This document shows positions 54,873 through 64,000 of a stretch of 64,000 nt of DNA, one piece after another. The DNA is from an uncultured Clostridia bacterium. Its GTDB lineage: Bacteria; Bacillota; Clostridia; Christensenellales; CAG-314. The number at the start of each line of letters is the position of its first letter. Position 1 is the first letter of the stretch. The notes under the pieces were generated by a model. The model had not been told where the DNA came from. It searched no databases and worked only from the letters and a program-made list of their open reading frames with translations. Made by a program: the position numbers and the translations under genes. The stretch covers positions 8,771 to 72,770 of the forward strand of contig CANQNJ010000001.1 in assembly GCA_947625185.1 (NCBI GenBank), written 5' to 3'.

Positions 54873-55612
54873 ATGTCCTGTTCGAATACGGTATTCTTTT
54901 TTTTGAGGTTGCCGGGCAGAAACAGCGCCAACGTCAGTCCGACCGCCAATACCACGACAAATACGATAAGCAGTATTTCCGACGCGGGCGTCGGATCCGA
55001 CGGGGGCTGAACAGGCTCGACCGTATCGTCGGAGGGCAGCGCGACGGTCGGTTTGGAGGGCAGCGGCGTCGGGTGAAGCGCGATATTAGGCGCAGATACG
55101 TCCTGCGCGTTGACGTAGCCGTGTTTGCCGCCGTAGTAGACGTAGTACCATACGGACCCGTAGCTCTCGATACTGCCGTAATAGCATACGGTCTGTCTGT
55201 TTACCGCGGCGATCTCCGTTTTTGCAGAGGGCAAGGGCGACGTCCTGACCGCAGCCGAGCCGCTTGTGACGGTAAGTTTTTCCGCGGGATATGCGGGACG
55301 TATGGGCGGCACGTCGCACAGTTTGACCTGCGACTTGTACACATATCCGCCTATAACGGGAAAGTCCTCCCCGTCGGGCTGAACGTATACGAAGTACATT
55401 CGCTCCGTTTCGTCGAAGATTTGCAAATAGTAGGATTTTTCCGCGACGAAGAGCCTTTCGTCGTCCTCTTCCGTCGCATAGACGTATACGCCGTCGTTTA
55501 CGACGCGCGCCCACATTACGCCTTCCGCCTCGGCAAAGTTGGCGACTATTATCGTCGCGGACAAAGCGACGGACAGTATCAGCGCGACAACAACAATAAT
55601 TCTGCGTATCAT
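54869..55612 (-). CDS. Bitopic membrane protein with SH3b-like repeats and a Pro-rich linker
   Basis: It has an N-terminal TM helix, YVYKSQV and VWYYVYYGGKHGYV SH3b-like motifs, a PTPLPSKPTV...PPSDPTP linker and a C-terminal TM helix. It is on the opposite strand inside the phage late region. Confidence 0.6.
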   Translation of the reverse strand: MIRRIIVVVALILSVALSATIIVANFAEAEGVMWARVVNDGVYVYATEEDDERLFVAEKSYYLQIFDETERMYFVYVQPDGEDFPVIGGYVYKSQVKLCDVPPIRPAYPAEKLTVTSGSAAVRTSPLPSAKTEIAAVNRQTVCYYGSIESYGSVWYYVYYGGKHGYVNAQDVSAPNIALHPTPLPSKPTVALPSDDTVEPVQPPSDPTPASEILLIVFVVVLAVGLTLALFLPGNLKKKNTVFEQDI

Positions 55613-55746
55613 ATCTGTTCCTCTTCAATAGCAATGCGCCAAGTATAACGCATATGGTCGGGAACATTTTGCCGAGTTGTGTAGCATTGAGGCAAATTAG
55701 CGAAATTTCGGCTCGGGCATAAAAGCCCTCTTTCAAGGAGTTGACA

Positions 55747-57162
55747 ATGAACGAAATAATAAATCGAATCAAGACCATCGAGCACGAACAGCGCCGTCGC
55801 ACGGACAGTCCTCTTGCTCGCTACAACAAGGGCAAGGTACACCTCAAACAGATGGCGTTTCATCGCTGTCTCAAACGCAATCGATGGGTATTCGGCGGCA
55901 ACCGCAGCGGCAAGACGGAGTGCGGCGCGGTGGAAACGGTGTGGCTTGCGCGCGGGATACATCCCTTCCGCGAGAACCGTCCGTCCGTAAGCTGTTGGGT
56001 GGTATCGCCGAGTCAACAGGTACAGCGCGACGTCGCCCAACAAAAGATATTGTACTATCTGGATAAAAGTTGGATACGGGAGATAGTTATGGAGAGCGGC
56101 TCCAAGTCGAGTCCCGAGTTCGGCGTGATAGATTACATTGTGATAGACAACGTATTCGGCGGCACGTCGCGCATCGCTTTCAAGAGTTGCGAGGCGGGCA
56201 GGGAAAAATTTCAGGGGACAAGTCTGGATTTCGTATGGTTCGACGAGGAACCGCCTCGGGATATTTACGAAGAGTGCCGAATGCGTATTCTGGACCGCAA
56301 CGGTCACATATTCGGCACGATGACCCCGCTTAAAGGGATGACCTGGGTGTACGACGAGATATATCTCAACAAGCACGATTCGCAGGAAGTCTGGTACGAA
56401 TTTATGGAGTGGAGCGACAATCCCTATCTCAATGCGGAAGAAGTGACTCTGATGTCAGAGTCGATGTCGTCGGAGCAGTTGGAGAGCCGCCGTTACGGAC
56501 GTTTTACGCAGGCGAGCGGATTGGTGTATCCGGAGTTTTCCGACGCCAACGTGATAGCGCCGTTCGATGTCCCCGCTGATTGGCAGGACTGTATATCCGT
56601 AGACCCGGGACTTAACAATCCGCTGTCCTGTCATTGGTACGCACGGGATTTCGACGGCAACGTTTACGTCGTCGCCGAGCATTACGAAGCCAAGCGGGAC
56701 GTCGCATATCACGCCGACAGGATCAAGAAGATATCGGACAGTCTCCGTTGGAAGCGGGATCGCTTCGGCTGTCTGTCGGTGCTTATGGACAGCGCGGCAA
56801 ATCAACGAACGCTCAACGGGCAGCGCAGCGTCGCGGAGTTGTTTCGGGAGCAGGGCATTACCGTCGATACCCGTGTGGATAAGGGTATGTATACGGGCAT
56901 CAACAAGGTCAAGGCGTTGCTTAAACCGCTTGTTGGACCGCCCAAGTTGTATATTTTTGCCAATTGCGTCCATATGCTGCGCGAGATCAAGGGCTACTTC
57001 TGGGGAAACGGCGATATGCCCGTCAAAAAGGACGATCACGCAATGGACGAACTGCGTTACTACGTGTGCAATATGTACGAGCGCTATATCGACAAACCCG
57101 CCAAGACGTGGGTCCAACAGGATAAGGAGCGGCTTGTACGCAAATTGAGAGGTGGACTGTGA
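55747..57162 (+). CDS. Phage terminase large subunit
   Basis: AAGGAG lies 6 nt upstream of the ATG at 55747. Walker A FGGNRSGKTECG, Walker B-like LDFVWFDEE and a C-terminal RNaseH-like nuclease region (DPG..., ...DDHAMDELRY) are present. Confidence 0.85.
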   Translation: MNEIINRIKTIEHEQRRRTDSPLARYNKGKVHLKQMAFHRCLKRNRWVFGGNRSGKTECGAVETVWLARGIHPFRENRPSVSCWVVSPSQQVQRDVAQQKILYYLDKSWIREIVMESGSKSSPEFGVIDYIVIDNVFGGTSRIAFKSCEAGREKFQGTSLDFVWFDEEPPRDIYEECRMRILDRNGHIFGTMTPLKGMTWVYDEIYLNKHDSQEVWYEFMEWSDNPYLNAEEVTLMSESMSSEQLESRRYGRFTQASGLVYPEFSDANVIAPFDVPADWQDCISVDPGLNNPLSCHWYARDFDGNVYVVAEHYEAKRDVAYHADRIKKISDSLRWKRDRFGCLSVLMDSAANQRTLNGQRSVAELFREQGITVDTRVDKGMYTGINKVKALLKPLVGPPKLYIFANCVHMLREIKGYFWGNGDMPVKKDDHAMDELRYYVCNMYERYIDKPAKTWVQQDKERLVRKLRGGL

Positions 57163-57479
57163 CGAATAGGGAATTGCTTACCAAGATACTGATCAAGAAA
57201 GCCAAGGGATACAGTTTCACCGAACGGACGGACGAGTATGCGGTGGCGGACGGGGAGAAAAAACTTGTCAAGAGCAAGACTGTGACAAAGCGCGTACAGC
57301 CCGACGTCAGTGCGATCAAGGCGCTGATAACAATGGACGACGGCGAGCAGGACGTAACCAAACTGACGGACGAACAACTTCAAGCGGAGAAATTGCGTCT
57401 GATACGGTTGCTCGATATGGTGGACGATCCGCCCGCCGCGCCGTTGGCGGATAACGACGATCAATATAAAGGAGAATAG
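57159..57479 (+). CDS. Phage hypothetical protein (possible small-terminase-like DNA-binding protein)
   Basis: The GTG start overlaps the terL stop. KKAKGYSF...KTVTKRVQPDVSAIKALI is reminiscent of Firmicute phage TerS sequences. This is weak recognition only. Confidence 0.45.
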   Translation: MTNRELLTKILIKKAKGYSFTERTDEYAVADGEKKLVKSKTVTKRVQPDVSAIKALITMDDGEQDVTKLTDEQLQAEKLRLIRLLDMVDDPPAAPLADNDDQYKGE

Positions 57480-57483
57480 ACAT

Positions 57484-57714
57484 ATGCTTTCAATCATTTT
57501 CAACAAAACAAAATGCGACGTGCGCGACTGCAAGAACGACGCCGTCGCCGTATTCGAGGTCAAGGGCAGGCAGGGCAGGTGTTTTCTGTGCGAGAGTTGT
57601 CTTGCGACGATAGCCGCCGAAGGTCGAAGCCGCTCCGTGCCTCGAAGTCCGCAGAACGCGATAAAGAAACGTCTGGACAGAAAGTCCGAGGAGGCGCGCA
57701 ATGTCGAAGAGTAA
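57484..57714 (+). CDS. Small Cys-rich phage protein (zinc-ribbon-like)
   Basis: The 76 aa product has C..DC....(18)...CFLCESC. It is tightly packed between neighbouring genes. Confidence 0.5.
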   Translation: MLSIIFNKTKCDVRDCKNDAVAVFEVKGRQGRCFLCESCLATIAAEGRSRSVPRSPQNAIKKRLDRKSEEARNVEE

Positions 57715-59623
57715 CGGATATCACGGACTTGTCGATAAGCGCCGCAAGCCCGCAGTGCGGCAGAGCAAGTCCGTCGACGAACGTTTCGCGGACGACATAG
57801 TGCGCGACGTTCGCAAAGACTTCGCCGAAAGACAGCGTATGCGCAGACCATACGAACTGAATTGGCAGCTCAATATGAACTTCACCATGGGCAATCAGTA
57901 CTGTACCGTCTCGCCGCGCGGAGCCATCGAGCAGGAGGACAAATATTACTTCTGGCAGGAGAAGCAGGTTTTCAATCATATTGCCACGATAGTGGACACG
58001 CGGGTATCGCGTTTGAACAGAGTGCGACCCCAACCCGTCGCCCGACCGTTCAGCAACAGCGAGGCGGACGTCAACGCCGCCAAGTTATCCACCAAGATAC
58101 TCGGCGGAGCCTCCGAAAAACTGCGCCTCGGCGAAATGGTCAGTCAAGCCACGGTGTGGAGCGAGGTGTGCGGCACCTCCTTTTACAAGGTCAGTTGGGA
58201 TAGCGACGTAAACGACGTAAAACTGTCCGTTTGTTCGCCTTTCGAGATATATCCCGACAGCAACGTCACGCCTACTCTGGAAGAGTGCAGCTCCGTCATT
58301 CACGCCAAGGTGTATTCCTCTGCGGAAGTCAAGGATATGTGGGGCGCGGATATAGAGGGCGAGACGGTAAAGGTATTTGCCATCGACGGGGTGGAGAGCC
58401 TCGGCGGTCTGGGGTACAATTCCGCCGTGCCCTCCGTAGTGCAGGAAGCCAAGAACGATCAGGTGCTTGTTATCGAGCGTTACACCAAGCCCTCGGGAGA
58501 GTATCCCGACGGCAAGTTGGAGATCGTTGCAGGCAACAAATTGCTGTATTGCGGAGAACTTCCGTACAGATTGGGGGACGACGGCGAATTTGCATATCCC
58601 TTTGTGCGGCAGGTCTCTATCGAGCAGGCGGGATGCTTCTGGGGAGTGAGCATGGTGGAGCGCGTCATTCCGATACAGCGCGCCTACAATGCCGTCAAGA
58701 ATCGCAAGCACGAGTTTCTCAACCGTCTGTCTATGGGCGTGTTGACGGTGGAGGACGGGTCCGTCGATACGGACAATCTCGAAGAAGAGGGTTTGTCTCC
58801 CGGCAAAATACTCGTGTACCGTCAGGGCGCGGATAAACCGCAGCTGATGGACAGCGGACGGATACCGAGCGACTTCACCAACGAAGAGGAGCAGCTGCTT
58901 AAAGAATTTATCACCGTCAGCGGCGTGTCGGAGTTCGCCCGCAACAGTACCACGCCCACTCAGGTAACCAGCGGCGTCGCGTTGCAGCTCATTGCCGAGC
59001 AGGACGACATCCGACTGCAAAGCAGCGTGGACAGCGTCAAGAACTGTATCAAGCGCATAGCGCGATTTATATTGCGGCTGTACCGTCAGTTCGTTAACGG
59101 CGCCAAGCTGATGCGTTATGCCGACGGACAGAACAGCGCCGAAGTGTTCTACTTTACGGGCAGCGACGTCAGTTCCGACGACATCGTATTCGAGACGGAG
59201 AACGAGTTGAGCGACAGCCTCGCCACCCGTCGCAGTATGCTTTTCGACCTGCTCAATGCGGGAGTGCTGTCCGACTCCGACGGCAAATTGTCCGCCTCGG
59301 CAAAGGCAAAGATACTTTCTCTGATGGGTTTCGGCAATTGGGACGCCGCGCAGGACATAACGCAGCTGCACATCGCCCGCGCCGCTCGCGAGAATATAGA
59401 CATAGATCACGCCGAGGTGCTGAGCGTGGACGACCACGCGCTGCACATAGAAGAGCATACCCGCCATGTGATAGGCGCGGATATCGACAGCGTAGACAGG
59501 GCATATCGGGACAAATTGCTGTCGCATATCGCCGCTCACAGACGGTTTATCGACAACGCGTCGGGTAGCCGCCGGGAAATTTCTTCGGCAGAGCCGTCCG
59601 CCGCCGAAAAATCAACTTTATAA
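57701..59623 (+). CDS. Phage portal protein
   Basis: The 640 aa product lies immediately after the terminase genes. The N-terminal ELNWQLNMNFTMGNQY pattern is typical of portals. Confidence 0.75.
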   Translation: MSKSNGYHGLVDKRRKPAVRQSKSVDERFADDIVRDVRKDFAERQRMRRPYELNWQLNMNFTMGNQYCTVSPRGAIEQEDKYYFWQEKQVFNHIATIVDTRVSRLNRVRPQPVARPFSNSEADVNAAKLSTKILGGASEKLRLGEMVSQATVWSEVCGTSFYKVSWDSDVNDVKLSVCSPFEIYPDSNVTPTLEECSSVIHAKVYSSAEVKDMWGADIEGETVKVFAIDGVESLGGLGYNSAVPSVVQEAKNDQVLVIERYTKPSGEYPDGKLEIVAGNKLLYCGELPYRLGDDGEFAYPFVRQVSIEQAGCFWGVSMVERVIPIQRAYNAVKNRKHEFLNRLSMGVLTVEDGSVDTDNLEEEGLSPGKILVYRQGADKPQLMDSGRIPSDFTNEEEQLLKEFITVSGVSEFARNSTTPTQVTSGVALQLIAEQDDIRLQSSVDSVKNCIKRIARFILRLYRQFVNGAKLMRYADGQNSAEVFYFTGSDVSSDDIVFETENELSDSLATRRSMLFDLLNAGVLSDSDGKLSASAKAKILSLMGFGNWDAAQDITQLHIARAARENIDIDHAEVLSVDDHALHIEEHTRHVIGADIDSVDRAYRDKLLSHIAAHRRFIDNASGSRREISSAEPSAAEKSTL

Positions 59624-59635
59624 GGAGAGAAAAAA

Positions 59636-60031
59636 TTGGAAAAGTACGGAAAATTCGATTCTGCCGAGGAACTTCTTAAAGGATACAACGAATTGGAGAA
59701 GAGTTTTACGCAGAAATGTCAACAACTTGCGCAATTGGAAAAATCGGTATCGGAACAAACTTCGCAACCGTGCGGTACAAGCGACGAAGTCGCGACTTCG
59801 GCGTCACCGCAGGAGGAAATAACGGCAAACGGCGTTGCTTCGTCAGTTGCAAATGACGCGACGGCAGTCCCTTCTCGACAGTCTACCGACGTATCTGTCG
59901 AGGACCGTCCCTATGCGACGTCCGTACCGCCCCGTATAATGACGGGCGGCGGCAATGTCTCGGCGGCTATGCCAAACCGTCCCAAGACACTCAAAGAAGC
60001 GTCGGAATTGGCAAAAAAATATTTTAATTAG
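59636..60031 (+). CDS. Phage scaffolding-like protein
   Basis: TTG start. KFDSAEELLKGYNELEKSFTQK is a scaffold-like N-terminus, followed by a low-complexity middle. It lies between portal and capsid. Confidence 0.55.
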   Translation: MEKYGKFDSAEELLKGYNELEKSFTQKCQQLAQLEKSVSEQTSQPCGTSDEVATSASPQEEITANGVASSVANDATAVPSRQSTDVSVEDRPYATSVPPRIMTGGGNVSAAMPNRPKTLKEASELAKKYFN

Positions 60032-60043
60032 GAGAAAAGAACA

Positions 60044-61207
60044 ATGGTAACACTCACAAGCGCCGACAACGCGCTCAAAACACTCTATCTCGGCGTGGTC
60101 GCCGAGCAACTCAACACGGCGGTCAACCCTCTTCTTGCGCGTATCGAACAGACTTCGAGCGACGTATGGGGTAAGGAAATACGCAAGCTGGCACCCTTCG
60201 GCATCAACGGCGGTATCGGCGCCGGCACCGAGGAAGGAGAACTGCCCTCCGCCGCAGGCAACAACTATGCGCAGTTTGTGCTTACGCTCAAAAACCTTTA
60301 CGGCACGATAGAAATATCCGACAAGGCTATCCGCGCAAGCAACGACAACAGCGGCGCATTCGTCAACCTGTTGCAGGCGGAGATGGAAGGGCTTATCCGA
60401 GCCAGCAAGTTCAATTTCGGACGTATGCTGTACGGCGACGGCAGCGGAACGTTGTGCAAAGTGGCCGCGGTAAGCGGCAACGTGCTTACGCTGGACTCCG
60501 TCAACAACATTATGGAAGGTATGGTGGTGGATGTGATCGGCAACAGCGGCAAGACGCCCGTCGTCACCGCGCGCCGCATTGTTGATATCGACCGCGACGG
60601 CAAGAAAGCGACGTTGAGCGGCGCCGCCCTTACGGGTACCGTGTCTGAGGATGATTTCCTTACCGTGCAGGGCAGCTACAACAAGGAGATCACCGGTCTC
60701 GGCGCCATCTTCGGCGACACCGAGAAGCTGTACGGCTTGACACGCGCGTCCAACAAGTGGCTCACGCCCTACAAGAAAACTTCCGCCAAGGTGGACGACG
60801 TAACCATTCAGAGAGCTATCGACTCGCTGGAAGAGATCGCCGGTTCCGTTGCGGACTTCATAGTTTGTTCGGGCGGCGTCAAGCGCGCATATCAGGATTA
60901 TCTCATCACAAACCGTACCAATATCGACGTGATGAATCTTCAAGGCGGATACAAGGCGATAAGTTACAACGGCATCCCTATCGTGTCCGATCGTTTCGTA
61001 CCCGCGGGGACGATGTACATACTCAACAGCAACGACTTCCACCTGCATCAGCTGTGCGATTGGCGTTGGTTGGAGGGCGACGACGGTCGCATCATCAAGC
61101 AAGTCCCCAATAAGCCCGTTTACACGGCGACGCTTGTCAAGTATGCCGACCTCATCTGCGACAGACCCATCGGTCAGGCGATGATCGACGGCATAACGGA
61201 AGCGTAA
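60044..61207 (+). CDS. Phage major capsid protein
   Basis: The 387 aa product sits after the scaffold. GGAG precedes the ATG. The glycine-rich, beta-rich composition is typical of coat proteins. Confidence 0.7.
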   Translation: MVTLTSADNALKTLYLGVVAEQLNTAVNPLLARIEQTSSDVWGKEIRKLAPFGINGGIGAGTEEGELPSAAGNNYAQFVLTLKNLYGTIEISDKAIRASNDNSGAFVNLLQAEMEGLIRASKFNFGRMLYGDGSGTLCKVAAVSGNVLTLDSVNNIMEGMVVDVIGNSGKTPVVTARRIVDIDRDGKKATLSGAALTGTVSEDDFLTVQGSYNKEITGLGAIFGDTEKLYGLTRASNKWLTPYKKTSAKVDDVTIQRAIDSLEEIAGSVADFIVCSGGVKRAYQDYLITNRTNIDVMNLQGGYKAISYNGIPIVSDRFVPAGTMYILNSNDFHLHQLCDWRWLEGDDGRIIKQVPNKPVYTATLVKYADLICDRPIGQAMIDGITEA

Positions 61208-61296
61208 ATTTACCTTTAAGAGCAAGACGGACTTCGCACAGACGCGTTGACCGTATAAGACGGGAAGTACCGTCTTGCTCGATCAGAGGAGACACT

Positions 61297-61608
61297 ATGT
61301 CGTTGATACCCATAACAAACGATTTGTATGATATCGCATGGCGCCTTGCCTCGGTGGACGGCGACTATCGGCTTTATTACAACGCCGACAAGGGACGGTA
61401 TGAGGTGTACAGTGCGGCAAGGTGCAGTCTGCAATTTATCTTGCCGTTTGACGAACTCGACGCCCGCGCGGTGGAGTACGCCCGTTCCACCCGAGTGGAG
61501 CGCGCCGAAGAAATATTCCGCGAAACGGAGCGCTGCAACGCCGAGATCGAACGGGATTCCGCCCGACGGCTTGCAGACTGCGTCGCGGCGATAAAGGAGA
61601 TCAGATGA
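61297..61608 (+). CDS. Phage hypothetical protein
   Basis: The 103 aa ORF is co-directional with, and overlaps, the next gene. Confidence 0.5.
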   Translation: MSLIPITNDLYDIAWRLASVDGDYRLYYNADKGRYEVYSAARCSLQFILPFDELDARAVEYARSTRVERAEEIFRETERCNAEIERDSARRLADCVAAIKEIR

Positions 61609-62153
61609 AACTACGCAAATTGATACAGATATGCGGCGAGTTGCTTTGTCTGGACTTGCCGTCAGGTTACTTTGAACAGACAAATAAAGTGGACGACGGC
61701 GAAGTAAACAAGTTGCTTACGTGCTTCGAATGCGTCTACGAAGAACTGTACCGCGATTACGGCACGGCGATTCGCAGTACAGCGGTACACAGTTGCGACG
61801 GCGTGATAGACATATCAGCGTTGCGTCTGCACAAGGTGTTGTCCCTGGTAGACGGCGAGGGAAACGACGTCCCGTTCCGTTACAGTGACAACGCGCTTGC
61901 AGTGACCCGTGACGGCGATTTCAATCTTCGCTACGCCCGATTGCCGCAGGAAGTCGCCTGGGACGGGGAGGTGGTCATGCCCGCCCCGTATATCGGCGAA
62001 CGCGTCGTCGCTTACGGCGTCGTGCGCGAATATCTTTCGTCGTTGGGCGATTGGGCGACGGCAAAGGAGTGGGACGATCGCTACAAGGACGCGCTTCAAG
62101 CGGCGTGCGGCAAGACTGCGTCTATGCGTATGCCCGCAAGGAGGTGGTGGTGA
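61605..62153 (+). CDS. Phage hypothetical protein (head-completion/adaptor position)
   Basis: The 182 aa ORF overlaps both neighbours at start and stop. Confidence 0.5.
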   Translation: MKLRKLIQICGELLCLDLPSGYFEQTNKVDDGEVNKLLTCFECVYEELYRDYGTAIRSTAVHSCDGVIDISALRLHKVLSLVDGEGNDVPFRYSDNALAVTRDGDFNLRYARLPQEVAWDGEVVMPAPYIGERVVAYGVVREYLSSLGDWATAKEWDDRYKDALQAACGKTASMRMPARRWW

Positions 62154-63403
62154 TGTTCTACCGCAAGGGTATGCGCGCTATGCACGCAAGCAATATGCGC
62201 GCGTCGGTAAGTATCCGTTTCGACGATTGTTGGACGGAGTGCGACAACGTGCGCAGAGCCGTCGACGGCAGAATTACCTCGTATGGGCAGTTCCGACAGA
62301 TGGATTTTCCTCACAACGCTGTCAAGGTGCTGTTTTACAATGACGGCAAACTGTACGTTGCGGCTGACGACGGGCTGTATATGCTCGGCGGCGACGAATG
62401 GAGCTGCGTTTTGTCCTGCAAACTTGCCGATTGCAGTTGGCTGTACTACGACAGGAAAATGATTTTCTCCGGCGTCAATGCGGGTACTCACCGTATCGCC
62501 AACGGCAAGGCGACAGAGCTGTGGGTGACGGGTTACAACAGTATGACCGTCGCAGGCTCCCGCATAATCGGCGCCGCGGGAACGAGCATTTCCGTCGCGC
62601 CCGCCGGCAAGACGGACGATTGGAGCAATTCCGTAACCGTCAATCCATTCTACGCGTGTCAGACGGTGGAAGCTATCGGCGAAGTGGCGTATGCCCTTGG
62701 CGAAGAGTGTTACGCCTTCCGCCCGAGAGCGGCGGAAACGGACATGAGCTTTCATCCCGTCGCAAGCAATGTCGGCAAGGTTCAGCGCGGCAGCGCGGTC
62801 AATCTCGGCAAGAAGATAGTTTTTGCCTCGCAGCAAGGACTTTACAAATTGCAGTCGGACGGCGTAAGCAGGATATTTTCCTCCCTCGACGGCTTTGTGC
62901 GCTTTGACGGCGCCGTCGCGTGTCAATCGGAGGGTAAGTATCTCGTATCTTGCAAAAGTCTCGACGGCGACGGAACTGCCAACGATATTACGTTGCTTCT
63001 GGACGTGGACTCGCAGAGGGTCTGCGGAGTGTTGCACACGGGTTTCGACGCGCTGTACGGCAGAGGCAGCGACCTGTTCGCCGTGCGGGAAGGCAAACTT
63101 TTCCGCTTCGTCAGCGGCGAAGGAGTCAGCGTCTTGCGAAAGCAAAATATCGATATGGGGTCGAAAAAAATGAAATTTCTTCATTCATTATCCCTCCTTG
63201 CGCGTTGCAACGCGGACGTATTCGTCGAGAGCGACGGCGTAAGGCGTCAGTATGCTTTTTACGGTTCCGACCGCACGCAAACACGGCGTATAGTCGGTCA
63301 CGGCAAAGAGTTCGCCGTGGAGGTGCGGACGGAGAACGGAATGGATATCGGGCTTGTCCGACTTGACGCGCACGCGATTCGCGAGGTGTCGTTATGGCGA
63401 TAA
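62153..63403 (+). CDS. Phage structural hypothetical protein (beta-rich)
   Basis: The ATG at 62153 overlaps the previous stop (TGATG), with GGAGGTGG upstream. The product is 416 aa. Confidence 0.55.
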   Translation: MFYRKGMRAMHASNMRASVSIRFDDCWTECDNVRRAVDGRITSYGQFRQMDFPHNAVKVLFYNDGKLYVAADDGLYMLGGDEWSCVLSCKLADCSWLYYDRKMIFSGVNAGTHRIANGKATELWVTGYNSMTVAGSRIIGAAGTSISVAPAGKTDDWSNSVTVNPFYACQTVEAIGEVAYALGEECYAFRPRAAETDMSFHPVASNVGKVQRGSAVNLGKKIVFASQQGLYKLQSDGVSRIFSSLDGFVRFDGAVACQSEGKYLVSCKSLDGDGTANDITLLLDVDSQRVCGVLHTGFDALYGRGSDLFAVREGKLFRFVSGEGVSVLRKQNIDMGSKKMKFLHSLSLLARCNADVFVESDGVRRQYAFYGSDRTQTRRIVGHGKEFAVEVRTENGMDIGLVRLDAHAIREVSLWR

Positions 63404-64000
63404 GCGTAGAACGTATGCGCGAGTTGTTGGCGCTGCACGACGAGCTTATGCGGCGTTGTCAGATCGTGGACGACAAGTACAGTCTCATCGCGGTGGAGCC
63501 GCACCTCGATATGCCGGACAGTCTCAATCTGGTCAAGCTCGTATTCGAACCGAAAACTCCCGAGCAACTCAACGAAATAGCCGAGCAAGCCGTCGCCGTC
63601 GTTATGCTTTCCAAACAGCGCAGCGTAGAACGGAGCTATTCCTCTTCGATCAAGAGCATAAGTCTGCAAAAGTCGCAGCTCAACTCTCGGACGGAAGCAA
63701 AAAGCCGCGCCGCCCTTGCCGATTTCAACAACGAGAAAGCGTCGATAGAGCGCAAGGTGATAGACAACGGTCTGTACTTCTCCAATGTCGCCAACAGGTA
63801 CAATGCCGAAGCCAACAAGCGATACAACGAGAACATGATGTCCATTTTGTCCGAAAGCAGCGCCGAGAACGAATTGCTTGCTCGTAAGGAAGCCGACGCG
63901 GAAGCCTTGTATAACGAATCAGTTGCGCTTCTCGAAGAGGAACGAACCGCGCGTATAGGCGAAAAACTGCAAAAGCTTGCCGATAGCGAGGAGAAGGAGC
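63394..64000 (+). CDS. Phage hypothetical protein, partial (3' end outside window), coiled-coil-rich
   Basis: It is not in the ORF track because there is no stop in the window. The ATG at 63394 gives MAISVERMRELLALHDELMRRCQIVDDKYS... and stays open to nt 64000. It competes with the Arg-rich ORF at 63354-63887, which I reject. Confidence 0.55.
   Translation, partial: MAISVERMRELLALHDELMRRCQIVDDKYSLIAVEPHLDMPDSLNLVKLVFEPKTPEQLNEIAEQAVAVVMLSKQRSVERSYSSSIKSISLQKSQLNSRTEAKSRAALADFNNEKASIERKVIDNGLYFSNVANRYNAEANKRYNENMMSILSESSAENELLARKEADAEALYNESVALLEEERTARIGEKLQKLADSEEKE

Larger units (their letters stand above)
54372..64000 (+). mobile_element. Phage-derived region (late regulator + head morphogenesis module); right end beyond the window, left end undefined
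   Basis: The order is ArpU/sigma-r4-like regulator, TerL, portal, scaffold-like and major capsid, with overlapping start/stop codons. No integrase or att site is seen in the window. Confidence 0.7.

Noticed and set aside
63354-63887. A 177 aa ORF (MSDLTRTRFARCRYGDKRRTYARV...).
   Set aside because: Its composition is extremely Arg-rich. A different frame starting at 63394 encodes a plausible coiled-coil phage protein that stays open to the window end.

Overview
This 64 kb window looks like it comes from a sporulating Firmicute, probably Clostridia-like. All calls rest on motif and synteny recognition by eye; no searches or computations were run. The backbone is ordinary. It has a copA-csoR copper module, the conserved yqfC-yqfD-phoH-yqfF(pgpH-like)-ybeY-era-yqzL-recO block, and a heterodimeric ABC exporter pair. 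It also has a cadC-HMA-cadA metal operon, murG, an alpha/beta hydrolase and a ParE/ParC-like type IIA topoisomerase pair. Further along are fba, an ABC importer, trmB, an HTH-fused nadE, sbcDC, tRNA-Asn, a NodB deacetylase and a tandem-OB SSB-like gene. A phage head-morphogenesis module (ArpU-like regulator, TerL, portal, scaffold, capsid) occupies about 54.3 kb to the window end. The stand-out is an AT-rich island between the cad operon and murG, at about 13.65-25.86 kb. Hand counts of a few 60-nt lines give about 37-45% GC there against about 45-57% in the flanks. The island has a near-consensus promoter followed by seven co-directional genes separated by only 1-7 nt. They encode a TIR-BspA-type-LRR fusion, an 865 aa orphan, a ParA/MinD-like protein whose Walker A lysine is lost, and an about 830 aa orphan with an HEPN-like RNxxxxH motif. 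The last three encode a tandem AdoMetDC-fold protein with one degenerate half, a radical-SAM-like protein with a non-canonical Cys spacing, and a PEP-synthase-like kinase without a PEP/pyruvate barrel. I do not recognise this combination as any described system and flag it as the top candidate. Other observations are several small repeat and hairpin families (one brackets the fba-ABC-MBL segment), domain fusions, and pervasive long antisense shadow ORFs, which I reject as genes.
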